A stretch of DNA of 64,000 nucleotides, taken from positions 298,938 to 362,937 of IMG/VR virus record IMGVR_UViG_3300044796_000662, one strand, 5' to 3'. Positions 5,609 to 15,249 of the stretch are shown here, in pieces. How positions within the stretch are numbered: the first letter of the stretch is position 1; every line of letters begins with the position of its first letter. The notes under the pieces were generated by a model. That model had not been told where the DNA came from. It saw nothing but the letters and a program-made list of their open reading frames with translations, and made no database searches. Made by a program: the position numbers and the translations under genes.

Positions 5609-6259
5609 GTGAACCCCTACGACGTTCCGGCGCCTGACTCGGTGGAGGAGGTGCGCAAGCTCCTCATCGAAGCCTCGCAACCCTCCTCCACCAAGACCGC
5701 CGCCGAAGCTCCGCGCTTCACGTGCCGCGTGTTCAACAGCCCGTGGGATCAGTTCGTCGAGCTGTGGGCTCCCCGCATCTACGCGTTCGTCGGCCACGCC
5801 CTCGGACCCTACGGCAAGACCCCCTTGCCCGAGATCAAGCGGATGCCCGACGCGGAGCACACCTCCGGCGCAACCGCCAGCTTCCAACCGGACACCGGCC
5901 AAGTCCGACTCTCAACCTCCGTTGAGGGCAAGGCAGGCCAAACGTTGGAGAAGCTCACCCACGAGTTCACGCACGGCTCCCTCGCCCTGTTCCCCGAGGG
6001 CGACGCCTTCTACGAGGAAGGCTTCGTGGACTACAGCGTGTGGGTCATGGCACACGCTCCCGCCTGGGAGCCCTACCGCGATCAGATGATCGAGGCCGCT
6101 GCCTTCAACATCACCATGCGCCGCGAGCGCGCGATGATGGACATGTCGGACTGGGATCGCAAGCGTTGGGCTGGCGGGCTCTACGCTAGCCTCTCGCGTG
6201 GCCCGCTCGTGATCGCGAGCCTCAAGCAGCGCAAGATGGAAGGCACGCTCTACTGGTAA
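5609..6259 (+). CDS. putative zincin metallopeptidase-like protein
   Basis: HEFTH (HExxH) followed by YEEG; GTG start with GAGGT RBS. Confidence 0.7.
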   Translation: MNPYDVPAPDSVEEVRKLLIEASQPSSTKTAAEAPRFTCRVFNSPWDQFVELWAPRIYAFVGHALGPYGKTPLPEIKRMPDAEHTSGATASFQPDTGQVRLSTSVEGKAGQTLEKLTHEFTHGSLALFPEGDAFYEEGFVDYSVWVMAHAPAWEPYRDQMIEAAAFNITMRRERAMMDMSDWDRKRWAGGLYASLSRGPLVIASLKQRKMEGTLYW

Positions 6260-6333
6260 CCCTCACGGACGATCTCTGGCGTGAGATCGAAGCACACACC
6301 GCCGAGCGCGTCCTCGCGCACACGGGCTGGTGT

Positions 6334-6582
6334 GTGTATATACTGCACGGCGTCGAGAAGGACACCCTCTACACGGGGATCTCGAACCGTATCGCCTTCC
6401 GCGTGCGTGCTCACAACACCGGCAAGGGCGCGCGGTATACACGCACAGGCGGACCCTGGAAGGTCGTCTTCCTCCTGCCGGTCGCCTCGAAGAGCGAGGC
6501 ACTCAAGACCGAGTGGCGCATCAAGCAGATGCCCCGAACTGAGAAGCTCAGGATCATTCAGCAACGCGCCGTGGACGGGTGA
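6334..6582 (+). CDS. GIY-YIG nuclease family protein
   Basis: VYIL…LYTG…R…HN.GKGARYT…PWK signature; frame is open further upstream, so start may be ~6253. Confidence 0.9.
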   Translation: MYILHGVEKDTLYTGISNRIAFRVRAHNTGKGARYTRTGGPWKVVFLLPVASKSEALKTEWRIKQMPRTEKLRIIQQRAVDG

Positions 6583-6583
6583 C

Positions 6584-9394
6584 CTACTCGGGCAGGTCGG
6601 CCATCTCGTCGAAGAGGTCCTTCTGACTGCGCTCTGCTTCGGCCTGCGCGTGCTTCGTCAATACACGCTTGGACGCGATGTCGTGGAAGTGCTCGTCCTT
6701 CTCGATGCCGACGAAGGACAGGCCCGCCTCGGTCGCAGCCGCGCACGTCGTCCCTGATCCGCAGTAAGGGTCGAGCACGATGCCATCCTTGGGGGTCACG
6801 AGGCGCACGAGAAAGCTCATGAGCGCAATGGGCTTGACCGTGGGATGGTCGTTGCCGCCCGCCATGTCGTCCACCTCGAAGTGCTCCCGCAGGCTCTCCG
6901 GGATGATCCGCTCGAAGATGGTCGCCTCCAAGCTCTCTGTCTCCGGGTCGAAGGAGCCGAGCACCTCCGTGACCGTCTCCTGGATGCGCATGGTGACGTC
7001 TGTATCGACGCCCTCCTTGATCTTGAAGTAGACGAGCTTGGGCTGGTTTTTGGACTTCGTCTTCGGCGGCTTGGGCTTCTCGAACGCGCTGTTGCGCTCC
7101 GACCTCGACGCCTTCGCCGAGTAGTAGAATGGTGCCTCCGGGACGAACTGACCGAAGAAGCGGCTCGCTCCGCCCGAGTCCCCGTAGTGGAACGGCAGGT
7201 GCTCGCCCTTCGACCAGGACGCACCCGCAGCGTCACTCGTGGCCCTCGGCTGTACATACGGACCGCGACCATCGACGCGACCGCTCTGCTCGTCCATCGC
7301 CTTGACCGGGCACCCCTCGACGCACTCGAAGACCGCGACCTCTTCGTTGCCCTCTGTGTCGCCCGTCTGCGTGCTCGTGAAAGGGTGGCGTGCGCCACCC
7401 CCGAACGGCTTCATACCGTCGTCGAAGCGGTTGATGACGGGCGCCGGGACCTTCTTCGTGCCGACCTTCTCGCAGCCCGCTGCGTGGACCATGACCACGT
7501 TCGCGGGCCAGCGGCCGCCTTCCTTGACGTCGTTGGCACCCGAGAGGTCGGACGAGTTCTTCCAGGAGTTGCCGAGCTTGCCGCCCTTGGCCTTGAGCGC
7601 GGCCACCATCGCCTTGTGGGCTTCGAGATCTGCGGCGTTGGCGTGCTTGATGCGCGTGCCGTCGATGTTCAGACCGCCCGTGCCGGTCGTGACCACCTGC
7701 TCCGCGATGGACGACTCCTCGACCGGCTTGCGGAAACAGAGGACAGGCTCCCATGCGGGCTTGAGGGCGGTGCCCCACCCGTCCCACTTCTTGGCCAGCT
7801 CCGCGATCTCTGCTCGACGGCGCTCCACCTCGTCTTCCGACAAGCCTTCCGCGATTTCGAGCTTCGCGATGGCCTTGCCGATGTTGAGGCTCTTGGGGAA
7901 GCCCTGCCCATGAACCCACTGGAGCACGCTGGGCCCGAACATCGTCGCCACCGTGTCGCGGTTCTCGAAGCCTGCGGCCCGGATGCCGATCGACATGATG
8001 TCCCATGTGCGGGTATTCCCACACCACACGGCCTTGCCGTTGCGTCGAACGTAGAGAGTATGGTGCCTCTCCAGCTCGACGCAGTAGACCGTCCGTCCCT
8101 GCCACTCTTCCGCCGGGACAAGGGTGCGAACGGGATTCTTCAAGCCGGATCGGTCATAAACCTCAGGCTGGTTCTGTACATGGTTAAACGTCACCGCGTA
8201 GGACGGTCGCCGCGCATGAATCTCGCGCCCGTTGATCTTCGGGACACGCTTCTTGGGCTTCGTAACCACCCAGTCGGCAGAGATCCCCATGTACATCGCA
8301 ACCTCTTGCCAATCGTCCCGAAGGCGACTGGAGGTTGTGTACCCCACACGGTGGTCGTGACCGTCACCGCGCATGTACCAATCCCACAGAACCTTCAGAC
8401 GAGAGGAAGGCAGGGTCTTGATCCAGTCGGGAATAAACTTCTCCCAAGACTTGCCGAACTGGCGCAAGTACAGGGTGAGCTGCTTGTCATTGATACGGAG
8501 CTTCCCGATGCTCTCGTAGACCTTCACGTCGAACCAGTCCGACAGACGACGCTGTACTTCTCGAAGATTCTCGGTGTCGAAGTGTGCGATCGAGACGTTG
8601 TACCCGAATCCCTGTTCGTGGCCATCTCGCGGCTTGTTCTTGACGATGCTGGCGCTTCCTTCGGCCAGATACAACCCAAAAAAAGGCAGCCAAGCGTCAA
8701 GTGGGATCACCTTCTCCGGTAGCTCGACTTGATGCCCGTGACTCGTCGTCTGCATGACGGCTGGCAGTTTGAAAGAGTCAGGGTTCTGGAGGTCCATCCG
8801 CCCCCGACTCGTCTTGGTCATCTTGATCGCTCGCCCATGTTCGTCTGCCCTGACGAGGCTGAACTTGGCAGGTGAGCCGAGCGTAGCGACAAACATGTTG
8901 TGGTTTGGCGTGACCAGCAGATCGACCTTGTTGGTCTTGTACCGCACCATCTCGCCAGGATTCGGCTGACGGACAACTTCCTTAGCCCGCTGCCAACCCA
9001 CCTTGTGGGTCTCCGGGTCTAGGGACGCAAACTCTTCGTCCCCGGTCACGTCAGGGAAGCGGACCCAGCCCTTGCGCGTGAGCACCTCCGTGTGCTCGTC
9101 GTAGCACCCCGCGAACGCCAAGAGGTGCCCACCTGGCTTCAGGATGCGGTAACACTCCTGCCAGACGGCGACGGGCGGGATCTCCCACTCCTTGCCCATG
9201 AAGTCACCCCCAGTGTCGAGGCGCTCGCCCTTGAGATAGTGCGCGATGTCTTCGCCCGTTGGCTCGCGATTGCCGATGCCATAGGGGGGATCCGTGACGA
9301 CGCTGTCCATACAGGCGTCCGGCATCGTCTTGAGGACTTCCAGGCAGTCGCCGTTGAGGATCCGATTCCGGAACGCCGCGTCGAGGGTCTTCAC
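6584..9394 (-). CDS. DNA methyltransferase (N6-adenine/N4-cytosine, beta-class motif order) containing an intein
   Basis: GDCLEVL, TDPPY, LKPGG, HPTVKP, VLDPYCGSGTT motifs. Confidence 0.93.
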   Translation of the reverse strand: MKTLDAAFRNRILNGDCLEVLKTMPDACMDSVVTDPPYGIGNREPTGEDIAHYLKGERLDTGGDFMGKEWEIPPVAVWQECYRILKPGGHLLAFAGCYDEHTEVLTRKGWVRFPDVTGDEEFASLDPETHKVGWQRAKEVVRQPNPGEMVRYKTNKVDLLVTPNHNMFVATLGSPAKFSLVRADEHGRAIKMTKTSRGRMDLQNPDSFKLPAVMQTTSHGHQVELPEKVIPLDAWLPFFGLYLAEGSASIVKNKPRDGHEQGFGYNVSIAHFDTENLREVQRRLSDWFDVKVYESIGKLRINDKQLTLYLRQFGKSWEKFIPDWIKTLPSSRLKVLWDWYMRGDGHDHRVGYTTSSRLRDDWQEVAMYMGISADWVVTKPKKRVPKINGREIHARRPSYAVTFNHVQNQPEVYDRSGLKNPVRTLVPAEEWQGRTVYCVELERHHTLYVRRNGKAVWCGNTRTWDIMSIGIRAAGFENRDTVATMFGPSVLQWVHGQGFPKSLNIGKAIAKLEIAEGLSEDEVERRRAEIAELAKKWDGWGTALKPAWEPVLCFRKPVEESSIAEQVVTTGTGGLNIDGTRIKHANAADLEAHKAMVAALKAKGGKLGNSWKNSSDLSGANDVKEGGRWPANVVMVHAAGCEKVGTKKVPAPVINRFDDGMKPFGGGARHPFTSTQTGDTEGNEEVAVFECVEGCPVKAMDEQSGRVDGRGPYVQPRATSDAAGASWSKGEHLPFHYGDSGGASRFFGQFVPEAPFYYSAKASRSERNSAFEKPKPPKTKSKNQPKLVYFKIKEGVDTDVTMRIQETVTEVLGSFDPETESLEATIFERIIPESLREHFEVDDMAGGNDHPTVKPIALMSFLVRLVTPKDGIVLDPYCGSGTTCAAATEAGLSFVGIEKDEHFHDIASKRVLTKHAQAEAERSQKDLFDEMADLPE
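8015..9106 (-). mobile_element. 364-aa intein with LAGLIDADG homing endonuclease
   Basis: Starts CYDEHTEVLT, ends …RRNGKAVWCGN, with +1 Thr; LAGLIDADG-like blocks FFGLYLAEG and WYMRGDG; extein rejoins as LLAFAG|TRTWD. Confidence 0.92.
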
Positions 9395-9402
9395 GCCCGC
9401 CC

Positions 9403-10164
9403 TTACACCGCCGATACGACCTCTGACCCGAGCAACCCGTTGGGCGCAAGGGGATCCAAAACTTTTCCTCCAAGGGGACTGACGAGCCGAAGAAGCCAGT
9501 CCACAAGCTCTGTCTCAGTCATGAACTGCGGGATGAATCTACCAGCCGCACCGTCATCCGCATGCAAGCCCCCCTCGACCCTGGAACCCATGACACCCGC
9601 TGCCTTGCTCTGACGCTCCAGGAAAGGCAAGGGGCACTCTGCCGTGCAGTCTATCACCGGGATCTCGACCCCGTGCTGCTTCTTCACACCACGGTGGACG
9701 CACCCTGCCGTATGCCGGATGAGCATGTTCGTGGGCCAACGGCCGAGTTGGTTGGGTGGGGGTGGGGCCACAAGCTTCGGAAGGTCCCCTTTCGTATCGA
9801 ACCGTCTATACTCTCGCACGGTAGTGGGTGCTGGGACGACGCCCTGGATGCGTACACGGTCGATGTTGTAGGCCCCGGTATCTGTAGCAAGAACCTGTTC
9901 GAGAGCGCTGGATCCCGACAGGGGCTTACGAAAGACAAGAATGGGCACCCACCGCAGGCCCCCATCGAAGTAAAGAATAGTGTCGCGGTTCTCGAACCCT
10001 GCTCCGCGCAGAGCTATGGACGTATCAACCCAGGAGCCGTCAGCGATAACGAGCACGGGCGAACCAGGCTTCAATACCCGCCAACTCGGCCCCGCATCAA
10101 ACGGACGGCCACACCTAGTGATGAGAGCGTGTGCACTCGTGGGGGGTAGACTGGCGATGCGCAC
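9403..10164 (-). CDS. degenerate paralogue of the adjacent methyltransferase lacking catalytic motifs
   Basis: Shares LKPG, AGFENRDT, FRKP, NID..RI, GRWP.N and VLDP blocks; DPPY and the GxG motif are absent. Confidence 0.75.
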   Translation of the reverse strand: MRIASLPPTSAHALITRCGRPFDAGPSWRVLKPGSPVLVIADGSWVDTSIALRGAGFENRDTILYFDGGLRWVPILVFRKPLSGSSALEQVLATDTGAYNIDRVRIQGVVPAPTTVREYRRFDTKGDLPKLVAPPPPNQLGRWPTNMLIRHTAGCVHRGVKKQHGVEIPVIDCTAECPLPFLERQSKAAGVMGSRVEGGLHADDGAAGRFIPQFMTETELVDWLLRLVSPLGGKVLDPLAPNGLLGSEVVSAV

Positions 10165-10173
10165 AAGCGCTGA

Positions 10174-11100
10174 TTACACCGGGCCGTTCTTCTTGTACCA
10201 CTCCGGCCCCTTCTTGAGGACACCCTTCTCACCGCGGAGTCGCGGGGACATCTTCTCCGGATCCCCAAGATACTCCGGGGCATGCCGCTGGAAAACGCGC
10301 AGGATCTTTGGCAGAATTCTGTAACCCCAGAGCTGTGGGACGGCCTTGTAGTGCGGGAGCATGGACGGGAGATCCTTCCTGGGGTCCCCCAGGATCTCAT
10401 TCGACGTGTACCCTTGCATGAGCAGGTCCAACCACAACGGAGCATCAGGATGTGCGCCAGTCTCCAGTTCCCGTTTGATATGGGGGTCGTTCCAGATGTG
10501 CCCCCTTCCTTCAAGCATATGGCGAAGGGCCTTCGGGTCATCCGGAGTGAAGAGGGGTGTTCCCTCCTCGTCCGTCCTGTCAATACTGATGTCTCTGTGC
10601 TGGCGCTTGTCGCCACGAAGTTGGTTGATGGTGGCGTTCTCCAAGCTACGGAGCACGAAGCTACGTGCCTCCGTAAGAGAGATACCAGACCGCATCTGCT
10701 CCCACTTGTTATCCAGGATGAACGTGAAGAGCCACGCGCTAATCGCGCGGTCTACAGCATCATCATTGTGATACTTGCGGTGCAGAAGTTCCTGAAGGCT
10801 CTCGGCGAAACCTTCGAGGTAGTTCGGGGGCAGGAACCGCGAAGGATCCTTGCCCTCGGCTCGAAGCTGCTTGACGGGGAAGTCAAGGGCCGGACCCGCG
10901 TACTTACCCGAGGAGATGTCGGGGAGCCCGTGCACCTCCTTCTCGATGAAGACGACCCCCAACGTGCGGCCGAGAGACCGTACGTCGGTCCCGGCAAGGA
11001 TCGAAAACACGTACGCCAGGCGCACGCTTGGGGGTAGAGACGCAAAAAGCGCGCGACCAAGGAAGGCCGCGCGCTTCTGGAGTGCCGAGATCTTGACCAT
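10174..11100 (-). CDS. hypothetical protein, weakly sigma-factor-like
   Basis: 308-aa ORF; region-2-like FVLRSLENATINQLR segment and C-terminal HTH-like segment. Confidence 0.6.
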   Translation of the reverse strand: MVKISALQKRAAFLGRALFASLPPSVRLAYVFSILAGTDVRSLGRTLGVVFIEKEVHGLPDISSGKYAGPALDFPVKQLRAEGKDPSRFLPPNYLEGFAESLQELLHRKYHNDDAVDRAISAWLFTFILDNKWEQMRSGISLTEARSFVLRSLENATINQLRGDKRQHRDISIDRTDEEGTPLFTPDDPKALRHMLEGRGHIWNDPHIKRELETGAHPDAPLWLDLLMQGYTSNEILGDPRKDLPSMLPHYKAVPQLWGYRILPKILRVFQRHAPEYLGDPEKMSPRLRGEKGVLKKGPEWYKKNGPV

Positions 11101-11127
11101 CCTACGCAGGTGCGCAGGATGAATGGA

Positions 11128-12129
11128 TTAGGACGCCATGGCCTGTTGCAGGAGACGGCGGTTTCCGCAGACCTCACGCTTGGTTGCGCGCTTGGCCTCG
11201 GTCGCCAGGTCCAGCTTGTCGATGGCCTCCTCCATGGAGTAACCATCTTCGAGCAGCTCGAACAGCTCGTTCTTGAGCGGAGCTGCGGGGGTGCGGTCGA
11301 TACGGCGGATGAGGAGCCCAAGCTCGGCGTGCACTTCGGCCGAAGCAGAGGACACGTCCGGCAGGCGCGTCTCCCACGGCGTCGGATCGTCCACCGCGGG
11401 GCGAAGCTCGGCGAACGTGTCGTGGAGGCGCTCCTTGTGGTGCCGGTCCTCGGTGCGGCAGAAGTTGGCGAAGCGGTTGTGCACACACTTCGACAGGTAG
11501 TGTTGGAAGTGCTTGCGGGTCGGCTTGGGGATGATGTCGGCGTGGTCCTTGTGGCCCACCTTCTTGAAGTACTCCATCGCGTCGAGCTGCATGATCTCGG
11601 ACGTCTTGTAGATGGCCTTCTTGCTCTGGTAGCTGCCCTCGATCGGGAGGGGCATCCAGGCGGTCTTGCGGCGCTTAATGTCGGCTGGAGCGGCCTTGAC
11701 CATACCGCGCGCCCCGCTCGCCTTCTCGGGGTAGCCCTTGGCGAAGTGCCAGATGGCGACGCGGAACTGGTCCCACCCCACACCTAGCACGCGATGTGCT
11801 TGTTCCGCGGTGATGGTCTCCGGCATCGAGTCACGCGCCTGGTCGAAGAACTTCTCGATGAGGCGCGCCTCCATGAGCTGCTTGAACAACTCCTGGACGA
11901 TCTCGCGCGAATTGCGCGTGACTTTGTTGCGCTTTGACACGAGGTGGACCACGAACGGCCCGAACTGCTCGAAGAACGCCGAGTACACCTCGGCACGGTT
12001 CAGGGTCGTGATCCCGAACACGGCCTCGATGAACGAAGCGTAGAAATCATCAAACGTGTCCGGCACCTTTGGTGCCGCTGGTCCCGCGATCTCGACCGAC
12101 TTGCCCGCTACGATTTGACCTTCCGCCAT
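11128..12129 (-). CDS. sigma-factor-like protein (region 2 with insertion, region-4-like tail)
   Basis: REIVQELFKQLME…FQHYLSKCVHNRFANFCR; LLEDGYSMEEAIDKL; start MAEGQ. Confidence 0.65.
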   Translation of the reverse strand: MAEGQIVAGKSVEIAGPAAPKVPDTFDDFYASFIEAVFGITTLNRAEVYSAFFEQFGPFVVHLVSKRNKVTRNSREIVQELFKQLMEARLIEKFFDQARDSMPETITAEQAHRVLGVGWDQFRVAIWHFAKGYPEKASGARGMVKAAPADIKRRKTAWMPLPIEGSYQSKKAIYKTSEIMQLDAMEYFKKVGHKDHADIIPKPTRKHFQHYLSKCVHNRFANFCRTEDRHHKERLHDTFAELRPAVDDPTPWETRLPDVSSASAEVHAELGLLIRRIDRTPAAPLKNELFELLEDGYSMEEAIDKLDLATEAKRATKREVCGNRRLLQQAMAS

Positions 12130-12298
12130 CTGCCGCACCGCCCCTTCGATTTGATTGCGCGCTCCGATCAGCGCTCCGCACATTGGAAAAGTTACGTGAA
12201 ATCAGAGAGTTAGGTATGAATCTGAAAAGTGAAGCGTTCCTTCAGGGCTCACGGTGTAAGATTGATGGTAGACAAGGTCGATCCCTTCGGCCCAAACC

Positions 12299-12961
12299 GT
12301 GCATCGTGAGACCGCCGTGACCATCGACTCCATCCCCTCGTTGCGGGCCATGCCCGCAGTTCCCTCGACGAGTGAACTCGATAGCGCCATCGACGACTTC
12401 GACGAACGCCGTACCGTCGATGACATCGTCGCCGAGATGAACGCCCTCAACGCTGCGGGTCGCGCCGTTCGGAACCAGGAACGACCTGAAGAAGCAAAGC
12501 GTATGGTGGCTGAGGTCTTCACCGTTCGTCAAGACCTGCCGCCGTTCCTCGCCGAGGACTACGCCATCCACTGCGCCATGGCCAAGATCGTTGGAGCCGA
12601 CGTGACCCCCTTCCTCGTTCCTGCGGCCCCCGATGATGAGGCGACCTGGACCACGTTCACCGTCCGCACGGTGCTCAACGCATGGACGCTTTGGGCTGCC
12701 GGTTCCATCCCGGAAGCTCTGAGCAGCCTCCAGCGGTTCCGGGATCGGCAGTACAGGGAGGAGACCGTCACCACCCGCAAGGGCGGTGTCAACCTCATGT
12801 CGCTCTACTTCTGGGCTGGCGGCATCGAAGCGCTTGCTCGCGGAGAACGCAGCGAGGCCATGCGTCTGTGGAACCGCTCGCTCGAACTCGCGGCGACGCA
12901 CGGAACGAGCAGCAGTCCGCTCATTCAGTGGACGTTCGTGGCGAGCTTCTTCCCGGTCTGA
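12299..12961 (+). CDS. hypothetical helical protein
   Basis: Strong codon bias; start uncertain (12299-12350). Confidence 0.7.
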   Translation: MHRETAVTIDSIPSLRAMPAVPSTSELDSAIDDFDERRTVDDIVAEMNALNAAGRAVRNQERPEEAKRMVAEVFTVRQDLPPFLAEDYAIHCAMAKIVGADVTPFLVPAAPDDEATWTTFTVRTVLNAWTLWAAGSIPEALSSLQRFRDRQYREETVTTRKGGVNLMSLYFWAGGIEALARGERSEAMRLWNRSLELAATHGTSSSPLIQWTFVASFFPV

Positions 12962-13913
12962 CCGGCCGGTCTGAAGAAGGCTGTTCTTCTGTGCGAGGAG
13001 AATGGTCACGACGCTCCCTCACCACGGCCCCGAGTTCACCCTGCTAGTGAACTACAAGAGCCCGTAGTTGTTCCACGCTTTTTCGAGAGCCGCGTACTCT
13101 TTTTCAAGAAGCAGTTCGCGGTGTCCGTCTCTCGTTCGACCCGAGATCGAACGTCAGAGGCAGCTCTGACGAGTGTCATGGCTTTTAGCTCCGAAGTCTG
13201 GCAGGACGCAAGGCAAAAAGTCCCCACCGAGACATTTTTCCTCGTCTCACCCGAGGCGAGAAGGCACTCACAGGATCTCCACAAGCAGATCTCGGACCGG
13301 GGTCTACGAGAGACCCTGATCCTGAAGGTAAGGATTCCACCGTACCCAGCCTGCGTAGAACTACGCAGCGCGTCTAGTCGCGTGTCAAGTTTTCGGCTGC
13401 TGTTTTGGTTGTCGCTGTCACTGTCGTTCGCGTTGTCGTTGTTGCTCGCGTTCGCTTGGTTGCTAGTAGTTTTCGTCGTCGTTTTGTTCTTAGGATGATC
13501 GATGGGACCACACTATTCGGGTACTACTCCAGAGAGTATTTAACTCACAGAGCCGTTGGATGTTCTGAGCCATCCGCTAGTGCCCCTACTCCACTCCGCC
13601 ATGGCAGAAGCCGAAGCTCCCAGACTGCGTAGACGGATCTGCCGACCACCCGTGATCTCTCTCCGTGACGAGGTGAGTCGGTTCGAAAGGGATCGTCGGA
13701 ACGCCGACGCAACAGCCTCTCGCATGTGCTTTACGACTTTTCGAAGGGATCCTCGCCGGAGAGCGAGCCCTTGGCTCCTTTCGAAGCACGAAGCCTTTGA
13801 AACGAGGCGCCTGTTGAGCACCATGGCAGCGTCATACACCGCAGTGTCTCGGCGATAAGCGGGAAAGCGACGAAGGAAGCTTCGTTGCGATCTGCACGGT
13901 GTAGGACTGAGCG

Positions 13914-14231
13914 ATGATGACGCTCCTCGAACTCTCCGACGTGGTCGGCAAGCCGAAGGTCAAGATGAACCTTCCTCTGTGCCAGCTCGGCCATCGGGTG
14001 CAACTTCACTTCTGCCTGCGTCGCAAGAACGCCGGCAGGGTCGAGACCCTCGATGTGCGCGGTCAGTTCCGAGTCATGGCTGTTGGCCTCGATGCTGCAA
14101 GCATGCCCCAGCGGCAAGTGCTTGCGGTCGAGGCCGTGGGCAAGACCCCCTCCTGGCAAGCCGTCAAGAAGGCCAGCGAGTGGAAACGTGTGCTGCCTCC
14201 CGCAATCGCACGGAGGACGGTGATCGAATGA
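13914..14231 (+). CDS. hypothetical protein
   Basis: 105-aa ORF; GGTGTA motif 10 nt upstream. Confidence 0.65.
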   Translation: MMTLLELSDVVGKPKVKMNLPLCQLGHRVQLHFCLRRKNAGRVETLDVRGQFRVMAVGLDAASMPQRQVLAVEAVGKTPSWQAVKKASEWKRVLPPAIARRTVIE

Positions 14232-14527
14232 AGATGACACCCGTGACCCCTGAGGCTCTGAAACGCCTTCCTGGGGCAATCTGGATGCAGGGATCCAGGT
14301 CCATCTACCGGGGCTCCCCCGTCGAGATGGTCCGACAGATGGCCGCCGAGATGGGCGCCGACCTCTCTGTACATACAACCATCGACACGCTGCTCACGGC
14401 ACTGTACCTGAAGCGTGGGTTGCTCATCGCCATCCCGGAGGACGCGCCCGAGGACGTAGTGGCGGCTCTCTTCGTCCACGCCCTGCTCGACGCCAAGGTT
14501 TCCAAGCCTATCGTGGCCCTCGGATAG
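14228..14527 (+). CDS. hypothetical protein
   Basis: ATGA overlap with upstream gene; MKMTPVTPEAL…. Confidence 0.65.
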   Translation: MKMTPVTPEALKRLPGAIWMQGSRSIYRGSPVEMVRQMAAEMGADLSVHTTIDTLLTALYLKRGLLIAIPEDAPEDVVAALFVHALLDAKVSKPIVALG

Positions 14528-14551
14528 CCTTCTTGTACATACGGTGGGGGT

Positions 14552-15247
14552 ATGGCCCTGCTGATAGCTGCCCGGGTTGCAGCCCGTCACCTGATGCGCG
14601 TCGCCTTCGGCCACGCCCTCGTGGCGTTCGGCATGAAGGATCTCGACCAGCTCTCGAAGATGGGTCGGTCCTTCGGGGTGCTCAGCGCCTACCGTTCGAA
14701 CCTGTCCAAGTCCGAGAACCAAAAGCGCCATGGCGAGCTGGTCGCTGACCTCCAGAAGCTCGGCTTCCCACACACGACCGCGCTCAAGTCGCAGTGGGAG
14801 GACATGGACTCGAAGGTCGTCAAGCACGAGAAGTCGATCCTCGTGCCCAACATCTCGTTCAAGGCCCTCCACGAGCTGGGCAAGAAGTACGAGCAGGACG
14901 CGGTGCTCTACAAGGACCCCTCCGGCTCGGTCGGTATTTACTTCAAAGACGGCACGGCCACGATGGCGTTCGACCCCAAGGGCGACGCCTCGCTCAGCAA
15001 GTCCGTCGATCCGAAGGGCGACTACTCGCGCGGCCGCGGGCTCTCGTTCGGGCTCAAGCTCGTCGAGGACCAGAAGTTCCACTACGACAACGGCCCCATC
15101 ACCCGCGACGATGTCATCAAGAAGCTCGCGCCGGCCGAAGAGTCCAAGGGCGGCGGCGAGTCCGAATGGTGGAAGGGCCAGTCCCCAGAGGCCAAGAAGC
15201 GGTACTGTGAAGACCACCCTGACTCCGGCTACTGCGCGGCGGCCTGA
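14552..15247 (+). CDS. conserved phage hypothetical protein
   Basis: FGVLSAYR…EN..RH..L..DL…GKKYEQDAVLY pattern; N-terminal IAARVAARHL motif. Confidence 0.8.
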   Translation: MALLIAARVAARHLMRVAFGHALVAFGMKDLDQLSKMGRSFGVLSAYRSNLSKSENQKRHGELVADLQKLGFPHTTALKSQWEDMDSKVVKHEKSILVPNISFKALHELGKKYEQDAVLYKDPSGSVGIYFKDGTATMAFDPKGDASLSKSVDPKGDYSRGRGLSFGLKLVEDQKFHYDNGPITRDDVIKKLAPAEESKGGGESEWWKGQSPEAKKRYCEDHPDSGYCAAA

Positions 15248-15249
15248 GT

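Noticed and set aside
13385-13500. tmRNA tag-like reading (…NDNANDSD…) in the low-complexity tract
   Set aside because: No tRNA-like domain, no hydrophobic ALAA-type terminus and no stop nearby; explained by compositional skew.
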